Virus record (IMG/VR): IMGVR_UViG_3300030095_006218
Strand: one strand, 5' to 3'
From: an uncultured virus (IMG/VR IMGVR_UViG_3300030095_006218)
Lineage: Duplodnaviria > Heunggongvirae > Uroviricota > Caudoviricetes
Length of the DNA stretch: 64,000 nucleotides
Under the pieces are notes generated by a model. That model saw nothing but the letters and a program-made list of their open reading frames with translations. It was not told the origin of the DNA and did not search any database. This document shows positions 1 to 8,654 of the stretch, one piece after another. Each line of letters starts with the position of its first letter. Position 1 is the first letter of the stretch. Made by a program: the position numbers and the translations under genes.

Positions 1-279
1 AAATGCTGATGCAATATCGGGGGCGATATCTAACCTATAAGCGGGTGTACATCCTATTCCAACAGAACCAGTCTTGTCAACCTTGACTATATCAGATTCG
101 CCAGAAGAACCGCTAACTGTGACAATTACTGGGGTTTCTCCAGAACCCGTAGTGTATACATGTAGCGTGCCGAGAGGTATAATTCCACCTATACCAACAC
201 GTGGGTGTTCACCATCTGCAGATGACGTTACACTAAATGCGGATCCTGTTGTTGCTGCTGGAAATACACCAAATGCCAT
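1..279 (-). CDS. Fibre-like virion protein, N-terminal part (runs off the left edge; absent from the ORF track)
   Basis: Manual translation from ATG at 279 is open to base 1: MAFGVFPAATTGSAFSVTSSADGEHPRVGIGGIIPLGTLHV...KVDKTGSVGIGCTPAYRLDI. It has VGIG fibre repeats, an upstream GGAG SD and a CTAATTA motif at 306-312. Confidence 0.8.
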   Translation of the reverse strand, partial: MAFGVFPAATTGSAFSVTSSADGEHPRVGIGGIIPLGTLHVYTTGSGETPVIVTVSGSSGESDIVKVDKTGSVGIGCTPAYRLDIAPDIASAF

Positions 280-305
280 GCTTTAAATTCTCCCTCTTTG
301 TATAC

Positions 306-312
306 TAATTAG
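306..312 (-). promoter_or_regulatory. Putative late promoter motif CTAATTA
   Basis: About 27 nt upstream of ATG 279. The same heptamer sits at similar spacing before several other structural genes. Confidence 0.55.
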
Positions 313-1904
313 ATGATATGCCATTGATTCACCCCGTCAGAATATAATGTAATTGAACCATACGAAACACCAAATTTGTAAGTTGGGCCTTCACCAGATA
401 TTATGTCACCCGACTCGCCACAGTGGATCAAGAGCGGTGTAGTGCCGGTCGTACCAGCTTCATCTTTAATAATTAAAATCCGGCCGGGAAAATCTGAAGC
501 GTCAGGTAGGGTCACTTGACACAAACTATATGCCTTACCGTTAACGAATCCAACAATATAATCCGGATGATTAGCATCTGCAGCGTCAACAACATACGTT
601 TGCTGGGGTGCTGCCGGCGCAAAACGATAGTATTTACCGGCCCAACTGCCACTGACGTGCATTGTCGAGTGTGGCACGTTTGCTGTGGATGTGTTGGCGG
701 CGGATACTGGGCCCATTTTTACGCCGACTTTAGCCTCGCCACCGTCGATGCTTACCATTTGTCGATCGGTGTCGCCAGATTTGTTGGTATAAAATTCAAT
801 ATTACCATTATTTACTTCATTTTCAACTACAAAATTATTGAGATTGCTATGTTTAACGTACGAAGATCCGTTTCCGCCATCAGGACCGTGATAAAATCTT
901 ATGCGCGCGGTCTGATTTTGGCTAGCCTCAATAATTGCCTCAGTTGAACCAGACGAGCATATATCAAGTTGCGCTCTCGGGCCTATATTGTTGATTCCGA
1001 CCCTAGAGCCAGTAATGTTAAACATTGGGTCTTTAAGGTTTGAGCCCTCGACGCTAAAGACTGAGCCTGTGAAATCCTGTGAAGCAGATACATGAAGAAG
1101 GGATTTTGGTTTAAGCGTAACGTCTTTTCTTCCAACTCCTATACCGACGTTGCCATTCGCATTTATGAAGATGCGGCGGCGCAATGACGTAGATGATTTT
1201 TCCACCGTATAAAAAGATAGCTCACCGGGTTGGTTGGCTGAGCTAATTGTGCCAGCGTCACTCGGGACTTGGGCAATTATACCCGCGGCGGCCGGGTGGT
1301 TGGCTTCAGGACCTAGATCGCTGCGGGTGCGGCTACCAAAGAATATTTCACCAATTTCGTCGCCGGCTTGCGCAACAGTTGTAGCACCTCTAGATTTTTT
1401 AAACCAAATGCTGCCGGCGTCAGCGCTGTTATTTCTTTGTTCAAGTACAAGCAAAGAACCGGTGTAGCCCACGCCGTCGTCTAAAATATGAAGGGGATAC
1501 TTTGGATCATCGGTGTTGATTCCAACCGCTCCGCCGGCGGAGGCGCCGTAAGCGCCAGTCACATATAAAGCCGGCGCTCCTTCCGCCGTCCCAGAGACAA
1601 TTAGACTTCCAGTAAAGTCATGTCTATCATCTGCCGTATCACCAAAGCTAGAATTGCCTGATGAATACAGGTTAGTAACTTCTTTATCTGTGATCTTAAC
1701 ATTGTATTGATTTGCGGTAAGTGTACCGGTTATGTTAACATCGCCTTGAACATGCAGTGAGTTGGATCCGGTGTTCCATACGAACTTCTCGGTTCCGCTT
1801 ATTGCGCAATCATATGCTGTCTTGTATTGTATTGCGCCTAATGGTCCGCCGGCACCACTTAGAAAGGTGTCGGGACAACCCGCAAATGCCCATGTAAAAC
1901 TCAT
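309..1904 (-). CDS. Tail fibre-like protein
   Basis: 531 aa with VGIN/VGIG...P...LHV repeats, an FGDxxDDxHxFTGS motif, and a C-terminal 'VTLP..GRILIIKDE.G...YGSITLYSDGVNQWHII' fibre-tip-type domain. Confidence 0.75.
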   Translation of the reverse strand: MSFTWAFAGCPDTFLSGAGGPLGAIQYKTAYDCAISGTEKFVWNTGSNSLHVQGDVNITGTLTANQYNVKITDKEVTNLYSSGNSSFGDTADDRHDFTGSLIVSGTAEGAPALYVTGAYGASAGGAVGINTDDPKYPLHILDDGVGYTGSLLVLEQRNNSADAGSIWFKKSRGATTVAQAGDEIGEIFFGSRTRSDLGPEANHPAAAGIIAQVPSDAGTISSANQPGELSFYTVEKSSTSLRRRIFINANGNVGIGVGRKDVTLKPKSLLHVSASQDFTGSVFSVEGSNLKDPMFNITGSRVGINNIGPRAQLDICSSGSTEAIIEASQNQTARIRFYHGPDGGNGSSYVKHSNLNNFVVENEVNNGNIEFYTNKSGDTDRQMVSIDGGEAKVGVKMGPVSAANTSTANVPHSTMHVSGSWAGKYYRFAPAAPQQTYVVDAADANHPDYIVGFVNGKAYSLCQVTLPDASDFPGRILIIKDEAGTTGTTPLLIHCGESGDIISGEGPTYKFGVSYGSITLYSDGVNQWHII

Positions 1905-1927
1905 AGCTTATATCCCTGCTCTTTCAA

Positions 1928-1934
1928 TAATTAG
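1928..1934 (-). promoter_or_regulatory. Putative late promoter motif CTAATTA
   Basis: About 24 nt upstream of ATG 1904. Confidence 0.6.
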
Positions 1935-1983
1935 GTGGCAATTGCAAATAAAGACGATTAATTGCACAACAGGAATGTTACGA

Positions 1984-4900
1984 TTAGAGTTCAACCCAGT
2001 CGTTGCTCGGGTTAAAATAGATTACCTCTGAACTATCCGTGGCGTATCCAACCAATCTCACAAATTCACCGGCAGAACCGGGGGCTGCGACGTTAATGCA
2101 GCCGGCTGTAGTTTCACATATATAGAGTGGGATACCTTCATCAAAAGTTCCAGTAAGACGATCTGCGTGCAAGTGGAAAAATCCACGAATTAACATTCCT
2201 ACAACATCAGGCTCTCCGTCTCCCATTGCAATTCCTAATAATTCTTTGCCGCCATTTGCAACAGCGTTTGCTTGAGCCAACGTCCAGTTTCCATCATTCT
2301 TAAGATAGTAGAGTCTTCCAACGGCCACATTGTTTCCGTCGCCGCCGGGACCATGGCCGAAGTATACAATTTCGCCATATCCAAGCTCAGATGGAGTAAC
2401 GTTGGTTCCGAATCCCTTGTAGTGGTGTGTTGTCACACCCAATGCATTGACATCAAGATGGGTAACTAGAGTACCCGATCCATCTCCACATGTTTTGAAT
2501 TCAATTTTACCGGGCATGTCATTAGATGCTCCCGGTGTTCCATCGACTGTGGCAACAATCGAGGCTGCAACATCATATGCAGTACCATCATTACCCATGA
2601 AGTTGATTTCTCCGAGGGTATCGGCAGCTTGTACAATTGTATTACCGCCATCGGTGGCATGTCGACTCTTATTGAATGCGATTGAAGCTGCAGCATTTGC
2701 ATCTGCAGAGTTGCTTTGTAGAATAATTGCTTTATCTTGTACGTGTAGTCCGTCGCCAGCCGCTGGCGCCAAGCCCCAACCGCCCGGAGATGAAGACGCA
2801 CCAATAACAACAGTGGAGCTTCGTCCATCTAGACGCATTACTTCCGTGAGAGTTCCGTTATCGTTGACAGAAAAGGAAAGATCCTTGTTGCTAACGGACC
2901 CAGAAATGGCAACGCCGTCTGGGGCAGCGAGATCAATTTCGAGACCGGTCGTTCCGCTATCTTTAAAGAAAACTTGACCGCCATCAGCGTCAAGAATGAT
3001 ATCAAGACCGGCATCAAGAGTAATTCCGCCGGCATCTGCTGCTAGCTTAATAGCTGCGGCGTTTGTACCAGCATCATTCTGAACTGTAATAGTCTGTGAA
3101 GAGCCGGCGTCTGCATGCAATTTAATACAGTCAGCCGCGTCTTCGTTGGCCGTCACAACAGCTCGGCCACCTTCGGCCCATAGGTCTTTGCCGTCGTTCC
3201 ACGAAAGCCCAATTCCGCCATCATCGGAGGCAAGAAGGACTGAACCGGCGCCGGCTGATCCGTCTGTGTTACCTTGGTTGGCATAAATCTTAATAGTTCC
3301 AGAGGTGCCTCCGTTTTCCTCTAGTATAATGGCCTCGGCGGCATTGCTTGTAGATGTAACTCGAATCTCTTGGTTACAAGAAATATCTAAATCTTCGCCC
3401 GCTGCGGCGCCGGCGACTGTGATGTCCATACCGCCGGCTGATGTGGCAATCTGAAGAGCGTCCGCTGCCGTGCCTGCCGAATTTAAGATTAAACTTGAAT
3501 CAGTAGCGTTTGTTACGGCAATCGTTAAGTCATCGGCTGCTCCAGCGGAAGCAACTGTTATATTTGAAGCCTGTACGCCATCAACTGAAAATCCGCCGGC
3601 TGTAGCTTCTATGTCGATAGCGGTAGACGCTGTTCCGGCGTCGTTTAATAGTTGAATCGTTTGGCTGGTACCAGCATCAGCATGAAGCTTGATTGCCCCT
3701 GCGCCATTTTCATTGGCTGTGATGATCGCTTTACCGCCTTCCATCCAAAGATCTTTGTCATCTTTCCACGAAATTCCGATACCGCCGGCGGAAGCACTAA
3801 GATTTATTGCGCCGGCGCCGTAAGAGCCGTCAGTACTTCCAGCAGCGTTAAGAACGGATATAGTCTGATTGGCGCCGGCAGTGCCATGAAGCTTAATCGC
3901 ATCTGCAACGTTGTGATTTGCAGTTAATACGACTTGTCCACCCTCTACCCAAATATCTTTGGTATCAGCAGCGTGAAGGCCGATGCCTCCAGCGGTAGCT
4001 TCTATATCAATAGCACCTGCACCTTCTGCACCATCGGTAGTACCAGCATCATTAATAATTTGAATCGTTTGATCTGCGCCGGCGTCAGCGTGAAGTTTGA
4101 TAGCCTCTGCGCCATTCTCATTTGCAGTAACAACAAACTTGCCGCCCTCTGCCCATAAATCTTTATTATCAGCCCATGAAATACCAATACCACCCGCGGA
4201 GGCGCTAAGGTTTATTGCACCAGCGCCGTAAGAGCCATCGGTGTTTCCTTCGTCATTAAGGACTGTAATAGTTTGGTTTGCGCCGGCGTCTGCATGAAGT
4301 TTAATTGCGTCTGCCACGTTGTGGGCAGCGGTAGCTTTTATTTGACCGCCATCGATTGTTACGTCTTTTGCGGCGTTCGCATTAATATCGACGCCGCCGG
4401 CAGTCGAAGTAATTGCTATGGCAGTCTCGGCAGTTCCAGCGTCATTCACGACTGTAATTGTTTGCGATGCGCCGGCGTCAGCGTGAAGTTTGATTGCATC
4501 AGCACCATTTTCGTTTGCGGTAACAACAAACTTTCCACCCTCTGCCCATAAGTCTTTATTGTCGGCCCATGAAATACCAACGCCACCTGCAGATGCGCTA
4601 AGATTTATAGCGCCAGCCCCATAAGAACCGTCAGTGCTTCCAGCAGCGTTTAAAACTGTGATTGTTTGTGAAGAGCCTGCGGTGGCATGTAGCTTAATAG
4701 AGTCTGCAGTATCATGGTTTGCCGTAAGTACAACTTGTCCCGCTTCTATCGCGATGTCTTTAGTATCGGCACCATGAAGGCTAATACCGCCGGCAGTGGC
4801 CTCAATGTCAATTGCGCCGGCGCCTTCTGAGCCATCAGTAGTACCAGCATCGTTAATAATTTGAATCGTTTGATTTGCACCAGCGTCTGCGTGAAGCTTA

Positions 4901-5673
4901 ATTGCCTCGGCAGCGTTTTCGTTTGCAGTGATGATCGTGCGACCACCTTCCATCCACAAGTCTTTGCCGTCATTCCAAGTAAGTCCTACACCGCCAGCAG
5001 AGGATGAAAGGAGTATTGAGCCGGTGTTGTGTGCGCCGTCTGTGGTATGCTGTGTGTGAAGTGCAACACCAAGATGGCCATCAACGGTGACTGTGCGAGT
5101 ATTTGAATCTACTAAAATAGTGCCAGCGTCGGCGTCGACGGTAATGTTGCCGGTGGTGGTACGCAGAGTCGAGGCTGCGTCACCATTGGTAATATCGTCT
5201 AGAGCAACGGAGCCAGCATCACCAGATGCCTCATCCCAGACGGCCTTACTACCATCCCACTTAAGGAATTCGCCAGAACTGGGTGAGTCTTGTCCAATCT
5301 TTGTAACGTGTCCGGAGCCGTCAAATGTAAATGCTGCCGTTCCGCCGGCTTCTTTTAAGGAGCCGCCGTCATGAAGTGTGATATCCTCAGATACCTGAAG
5401 GCTGCCTGTAATCTGTACATTGCCGCTTAGATCGATATCGCACTTAGGTAATGCTGTATTGACGCCAACTCTATCGTTTTGAGTGTCGATGGTAAGGATC
5501 GGAGTAGTGCCACCCTTACTGAGAAATTTGTGATACGGGGTTATGGCGCAATGCTCTACTCTTAGGGCGCCGCTGAGACGTAGCGCGCCAGTAACATGCA
5601 TCGTGTCTTCGCAATGGCTTCCAAAAAAGCTGCTACCTGATACGTCTATTGAACCACTAGTGAAAATTGGCAT
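1984..5673 (-). CDS. Long fibre/adhesin-like protein with about 68-aa repeats
   Basis: 1229 aa, Ala/Gly/Asp/Thr-rich, with repeated AIKLHADAG..QTI units and a C-terminal 'GIA..GMLIRG..G.PLY...VRLVGYA...IYFNPSNDW' domain of decoration/fibre type. Confidence 0.75.
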   Translation of the reverse strand: MPIFTSGSIDVSGSSFFGSHCEDTMHVTGALRLSGALRVEHCAITPYHKFLSKGGTTPILTIDTQNDRVGVNTALPKCDIDLSGNVQITGSLQVSEDITLHDGGSLKEAGGTAAFTFDGSGHVTKIGQDSPSSGEFLKWDGSKAVWDEASGDAGSVALDDITNGDAASTLRTTTGNITVDADAGTILVDSNTRTVTVDGHLGVALHTQHTTDGAHNTGSILLSSSAGGVGLTWNDGKDLWMEGGRTIITANENAAEAIKLHADAGANQTIQIINDAGTTDGSEGAGAIDIEATAGGISLHGADTKDIAIEAGQVVLTANHDTADSIKLHATAGSSQTITVLNAAGSTDGSYGAGAINLSASAGGVGISWADNKDLWAEGGKFVVTANENGADAIKLHADAGASQTITVVNDAGTAETAIAITSTAGGVDINANAAKDVTIDGGQIKATAAHNVADAIKLHADAGANQTITVLNDEGNTDGSYGAGAINLSASAGGIGISWADNKDLWAEGGKFVVTANENGAEAIKLHADAGADQTIQIINDAGTTDGAEGAGAIDIEATAGGIGLHAADTKDIWVEGGQVVLTANHNVADAIKLHGTAGANQTISVLNAAGSTDGSYGAGAINLSASAGGIGISWKDDKDLWMEGGKAIITANENGAGAIKLHADAGTSQTIQLLNDAGTASTAIDIEATAGGFSVDGVQASNITVASAGAADDLTIAVTNATDSSLILNSAGTAADALQIATSAGGMDITVAGAAAGEDLDISCNQEIRVTSTSNAAEAIILEENGGTSGTIKIYANQGNTDGSAGAGSVLLASDDGGIGLSWNDGKDLWAEGGRAVVTANEDAADCIKLHADAGSSQTITVQNDAGTNAAAIKLAADAGGITLDAGLDIILDADGGQVFFKDSGTTGLEIDLAAPDGVAISGSVSNKDLSFSVNDNGTLTEVMRLDGRSSTVVIGASSSPGGWGLAPAAGDGLHVQDKAIILQSNSADANAAASIAFNKSRHATDGGNTIVQAADTLGEINFMGNDGTAYDVAASIVATVDGTPGASNDMPGKIEFKTCGDGSGTLVTHLDVNALGVTTHHYKGFGTNVTPSELGYGEIVYFGHGPGGDGNNVAVGRLYYLKNDGNWTLAQANAVANGGKELLGIAMGDGEPDVVGMLIRGFFHLHADRLTGTFDEGIPLYICETTAGCINVAAPGSAGEFVRLVGYATDSSEVIYFNPSNDWVEL
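3030..4990 (-). repeat. Intragenic degenerate tandem repeat, about 204-nt period, 8-9 copies
   Basis: IKLH(A/G)xAG..QTI recurs at 63-68 aa spacing. Approximate bounds. Confidence 0.85.
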
Positions 5674-5679
5674 TTAATA

Positions 5680-6069
5680 TTACTCCTGTTCCTCAATTTC
5701 CTGCATAAGCAATTTATATCGCTTACCAGTCTTATTGTTCTTCAGAGATAAATAGTCCTCTTCCTCAATAACAGTCCAATCTCCGCGGTCATTTTTTAGA
5801 TGTAAGTCGCCAGTATATATATTGGCCCAGCGGCGGGTGGCACTACCTAAATCATAAGTATCGTCTGCTGCCGGTTTAACAATACCTGTAAAGATGTGCG
5901 TGTCAGCGGAACTATCTCCAAAATTTGTAGAACCGTTGGTGTTGATTTCGGTTACAGTCGTGGTAACAATATCCATCGAATGTGCTTCAAGGGTGCCTGA
6001 TACATATAAAGAGCCGGAAATGGTTGTATCCGTTCCAATAACTGATCTGCTGGGTGTAAAACTTGGCAT
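5680..6069 (-). CDS. Short fibre-associated protein
   Basis: 129 aa with GSTNFGDSSADTHIFTG and a C-terminal 'DDTYDLGSATRRWANIYTGDLHL...DWTVIEEEDYL..KNNKTGKRYK' motif typical of phage fibre termini. GGAG SD present. Confidence 0.7.
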   Translation of the reverse strand: MPSFTPSRSVIGTDTTISGSLYVSGTLEAHSMDIVTTTVTEINTNGSTNFGDSSADTHIFTGIVKPAADDTYDLGSATRRWANIYTGDLHLKNDRGDWTVIEEEDYLSLKNNKTGKRYKLLMQEIEEQE

Positions 6070-6084
6070 GTATATTCTCTCCTA

Positions 6085-6531
6085 TTATTCGGTAAGTCCC
6101 GAGCCGGTTAGCTCGTACATTCTGTCTCTAGGAATATTCGTAAGCTCAGCTATGACCGTAAATGAAAGTTTATTATCAGCAGGAAGCGTGAAGCCGGGTC
6201 TAAGCGGAGCGGTCAAGTAAATCTCTTTGCATTTTGCATTTATTGTTATTGCGTCTCCAGAGCTACTTAAGGCAAACCAATGGCGACCATCTTCCCATCT
6301 AGCAGATGAGCTATGTGAATTAAAATGTACTCTCAAAGCTTTTGCTTTTGATGGTACTGCTGCATCCAATTTTACCGTAATTGCTTTTGCTACTGTTGGA
6401 AATTCAATTCTTAGCTCATCGTTTACGCCTAAGCCATTGTCCTCGCCCATACCGCCCGTAATAAACGGATGGCATGATACTTGGTAAGAGCCAACATTGT
6501 GTAACCCTACTGTATAGACATTATCTGGCAT
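6085..6531 (-). CDS. Putative small virion protein (paralogue of 48765..49241)
   Basis: 148 aa, GLHNVGSYQVS...RMYELTGSGLTE. Has an SD and an upstream CTAATTA motif. Confidence 0.7.
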   Translation of the reverse strand: MPDNVYTVGLHNVGSYQVSCHPFITGGMGEDNGLGVNDELRIEFPTVAKAITVKLDAAVPSKAKALRVHFNSHSSSARWEDGRHWFALSSSGDAITINAKCKEIYLTAPLRPGFTLPADNKLSFTVIAELTNIPRDRMYELTGSGLTE

Positions 6532-6553
6532 TTTTATCTCCTATTAACAAGTA

Positions 6554-6560
6554 TAATTAG
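6554..6560 (-). promoter_or_regulatory. Putative late promoter motif CTAATTA
   Basis: About 23 nt upstream of ATG 6531. Confidence 0.6.
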
Positions 6561-6769
6561 TTGCGATTTTTTCTTTTCTCTTTTTCAATTAGCGCTTTTC
6601 TTCGACGTTCTTTTTCTCTTTTACGTTCCGATGGCTTCTTGTAATATCTTCTATCGCGGATCTGTTCTATAATCTTTTCTTTCTTGCATTTTCTAATAAA
6701 ACGCTTTATCATCCTGTCTTGATGTTCTCGGCCGCGGGGTTTTATTATAATATTTGCTGTTTTGCGCAT
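6557..6769 (-). CDS. rpsU: Phage-encoded 30S ribosomal protein bS21
   Basis: 70-aa basic protein with 'DRMIKRFIRKCKKEKIIEQIRDRRYYKKPSERKR', matching the bS21 signature (KRF.RK......E.R.R.YY.KPS..R). AAGGAG SD. Confidence 0.9.
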   Translation of the reverse strand: MRKTANIIIKPRGREHQDRMIKRFIRKCKKEKIIEQIRDRRYYKKPSERKREKERRRKALIEKEKRKNRN

Positions 6770-6780
6770 ACTGCTCCTTG

Positions 6781-7209
6781 TTAAATTAGCGACTTCCAGC
6801 TTCTGCCGGTGTTTTCAAACAGACCGCTAATGTCCACTCCGGGATCAGACGGATCTACTCCCGATAAAGCGCCGGAGGAAGATGGAGCATTTGGGTCGCG
6901 GCCGGCCGTTGTAGGTGTTGTGCCTTCAAAAATATCGACACCATTGTAAGCATCGGCGCCGACAGCATTCAAAAGCTTTTTACGACTTTCAGTAAGATGT
7001 GCTTCGCGTTGGATTGCGCGCTCATGCTGTTGTTTTGTGTCGTCTATCTGTTGTAGTTTTTGTGCGGGTGGAGATGCTGTTATCGGTGTACCAACACCCT
7101 TAATTGTTTCTGAGATTATCCCAGACAGCACTCCTTCTTCAAAAATTACCTCTTTAATACATTCTTTAATTAATGGTTTTAAAACTTTTTTCAATTCATT
7201 TCTTTTCAT
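6781..7209 (-). CDS. Hypothetical head-module protein
   Basis: 142 aa in the operon after the prohead protease. N-terminus MKRNELKKVLKPLIKECIKEVIFEE. Confidence 0.7.
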   Translation of the reverse strand: MKRNELKKVLKPLIKECIKEVIFEEGVLSGIISETIKGVGTPITASPPAQKLQQIDDTKQQHERAIQREAHLTESRKKLLNAVGADAYNGVDIFEGTTPTTAGRDPNAPSSSGALSGVDPSDPGVDISGLFENTGRSWKSLI

Positions 7210-7217
7210 TATAAATC

Positions 7218-7646
7218 CTAAATATCAGCAAACTCAATATCTACAACCTCTTCGCCAGACTCCTTGGCCTCTTCTGCTGCGGCCTTAAGAACATCGGCCA
7301 AGGCAGCGAGTTCATCAGTATTGGTTGATTGTTTTGATTTTTTTCTACGGTTGTGACGTTTTTTCTTCCATGCTGGATCGTGTGATAAGTCAATCGATTT
7401 GAGTCTAGCCTCGACCTTTTCATACTCTTCTTCTGATAACTCAGAGACATCTTGTGGAGTATACCCAAGTCTATTTACATAAACTTGCTCTCTGTTTCTG
7501 TCGCTGCCAACAGAATGTCCCGGTACGTATACGTTATTAAACTGTAATGAAAGATCACTATCTCTCATCCATGGTTGCATAGCAACATTTTCACGCAGAC
7601 TTCTAATCTCTTGTAGGATAAACTTTTTCAGTTCTTCTTTATTCAT
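7218..7646 (-). CDS. Hypothetical protein (possible internal head protein)
   Basis: 142 aa, overlaps the protease stop codon. N-terminus MNKEELKKFILQEIRSLRE, plus a basic patch KKKRHNRRKKSK. Confidence 0.65.
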   Translation of the reverse strand: MNKEELKKFILQEIRSLRENVAMQPWMRDSDLSLQFNNVYVPGHSVGSDRNREQVYVNRLGYTPQDVSELSEEEYEKVEARLKSIDLSHDPAWKKKRHNRRKKSKQSTNTDELAALADVLKAAAEEAKESGEEVVDIEFADI

Positions 7647-8244
7647 CTTTTTTTAATACCTCGTTTAAAGCTCGATTAATTCTATCGGCTTTTGTAATAA
7701 TGTTTGGTTCTTTACCTTCCTTCATCATGAAGGCTCCGGTAGTGGATGGCTCCGACACGAAGTCAAAGCAAATCAATTGAAAGTCATCTTCTACGATCGT
7801 GCGGCCGTTGTTTTCGTGCACAGATCCTAGGCCGCGGGATGATATACCAACTTTTACGTTGGCCTCTATAAGCGAACGAAGTATCTTTCCAGAAGGTGTT
7901 TCTAAAAGTTGAACTTTGCCCATGACGTCATTTCCGTTCCACCACACTTCGGTTACTAAATGCGAACAGTTGGCTAAATTCACTACAGATGTCTCTGGGT
8001 GGTCAAGTTCGCCCAGTGCGCGGCGTTCCTCCACAAGCTTCATGTAGTTTTTCATCTCGTTAGTCAAAACGTTACGAGGATAGATACGCCCGTTGCCGTT
8101 CATTTCGTCACATCTCTGCATGACTCCGGACAGTATCATACCACCATTTGCCACAAACCTCTTTTCATCTTCAGTCAAAAGATCTTGACATATGCCGCCC
8201 TCGCAAAGCTCATAATATTCTGTTAATAACATCTTCTTTTTCAT
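7639..8244 (-). CDS. Prohead core protease (T4 gp21-like)
   Basis: Motifs N.NGRIYP, ALGELDHP, SH, TPSGKI, VGISSRGLGS and FDFVSEPST. Confidence 0.95.
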   Translation of the reverse strand: MKKKMLLTEYYELCEGGICQDLLTEDEKRFVANGGMILSGVMQRCDEMNGNGRIYPRNVLTNEMKNYMKLVEERRALGELDHPETSVVNLANCSHLVTEVWWNGNDVMGKVQLLETPSGKILRSLIEANVKVGISSRGLGSVHENNGRTIVEDDFQLICFDFVSEPSTTGAFMMKEGKEPNIITKADRINRALNEVLKKDE

Positions 8245-8258
8245 AATTAATACCTATA

Positions 8259-8273
8259 GCGGGCGTTACCCGC
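8259..8273 (-). promoter_or_regulatory. GC-rich RNA hairpin ending about 15 nt upstream of the protease start
   Basis: Minus strand reads GCGGG-TAACG-CCCGC in an otherwise AT-rich spacer. No U-tract follows. Confidence 0.45.
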
Positions 8274-8278
8274 GCGAG

Positions 8279-8347
8279 TTAAGAGCCTCTACAGCAGTGA
8301 CGAACAGGTTGCAGCATCCATTTTTGTGTCCAAGCATTGTTGTTCAT
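8279..8347 (-). CDS. 22-aa Cys-Cys peptide MNNNAWTQKWMLQPVRHCCRGS, or -1 frameshift extension of the upstream gene
   Basis: ATGA overlap with the stop of 8344..8652. GGAG SD lies 7 nt upstream. It fills the only gap in this operon and is below the ORF-track size cutoff. Confidence 0.55.
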   Translation of the reverse strand: MNNNAWTQKWMLQPVRHCCRGS

Positions 8348-8652
8348 TTTTTTACTCCTATTTGTATTCCACTATCACCAAATACCATAGTTAATACGTA
8401 TGATGTTCCAGAACTGACGCAGCCAGCGATAAGAAGATTGGCAATAGTGTACTCAAAATTAAATAGTTCAGTCCAAGGGTTTATGCAAAACAAAAATACA
8501 CCAACCCACAGTCCCATACACATAGAACAGTGAAATAGTTTACCATATCCGCCAAAAGATGTTTTTGATGGTCGGATACTATCGAATATTGTACCGTAAA
8601 CTAAAATTTGTGTCAGGCCATAAGCTGCCAAAACAAACCACAGTAGATCCAT
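8344..8652 (-). CDS. Small membrane protein with CxxC (DUF1360-like)
   Basis: 102 aa, three hydrophobic segments, motif LFHCSMCMGLWVG. Confidence 0.65.
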   Translation of the reverse strand: MDLLWFVLAAYGLTQILVYGTIFDSIRPSKTSFGGYGKLFHCSMCMGLWVGVFLFCINPWTELFNFEYTIANLLIAGCVSSGTSYVLTMVFGDSGIQIGVKK

Positions 8653-8654
8653 TA

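Noticed and set aside
3030..4990. CRISPR array or DGR template/variable repeat
   Set aside because: The repeats are in-frame coding units diverged at synonymous sites, not constant repeats with spacers or adenine-specific variants, and no RT or cas gene is present.
8259..8281. Hairpin as a SECIS element or a Rho-independent terminator
   Set aside because: The preceding stop is TAA rather than TGA, and no U-tract follows the stem.
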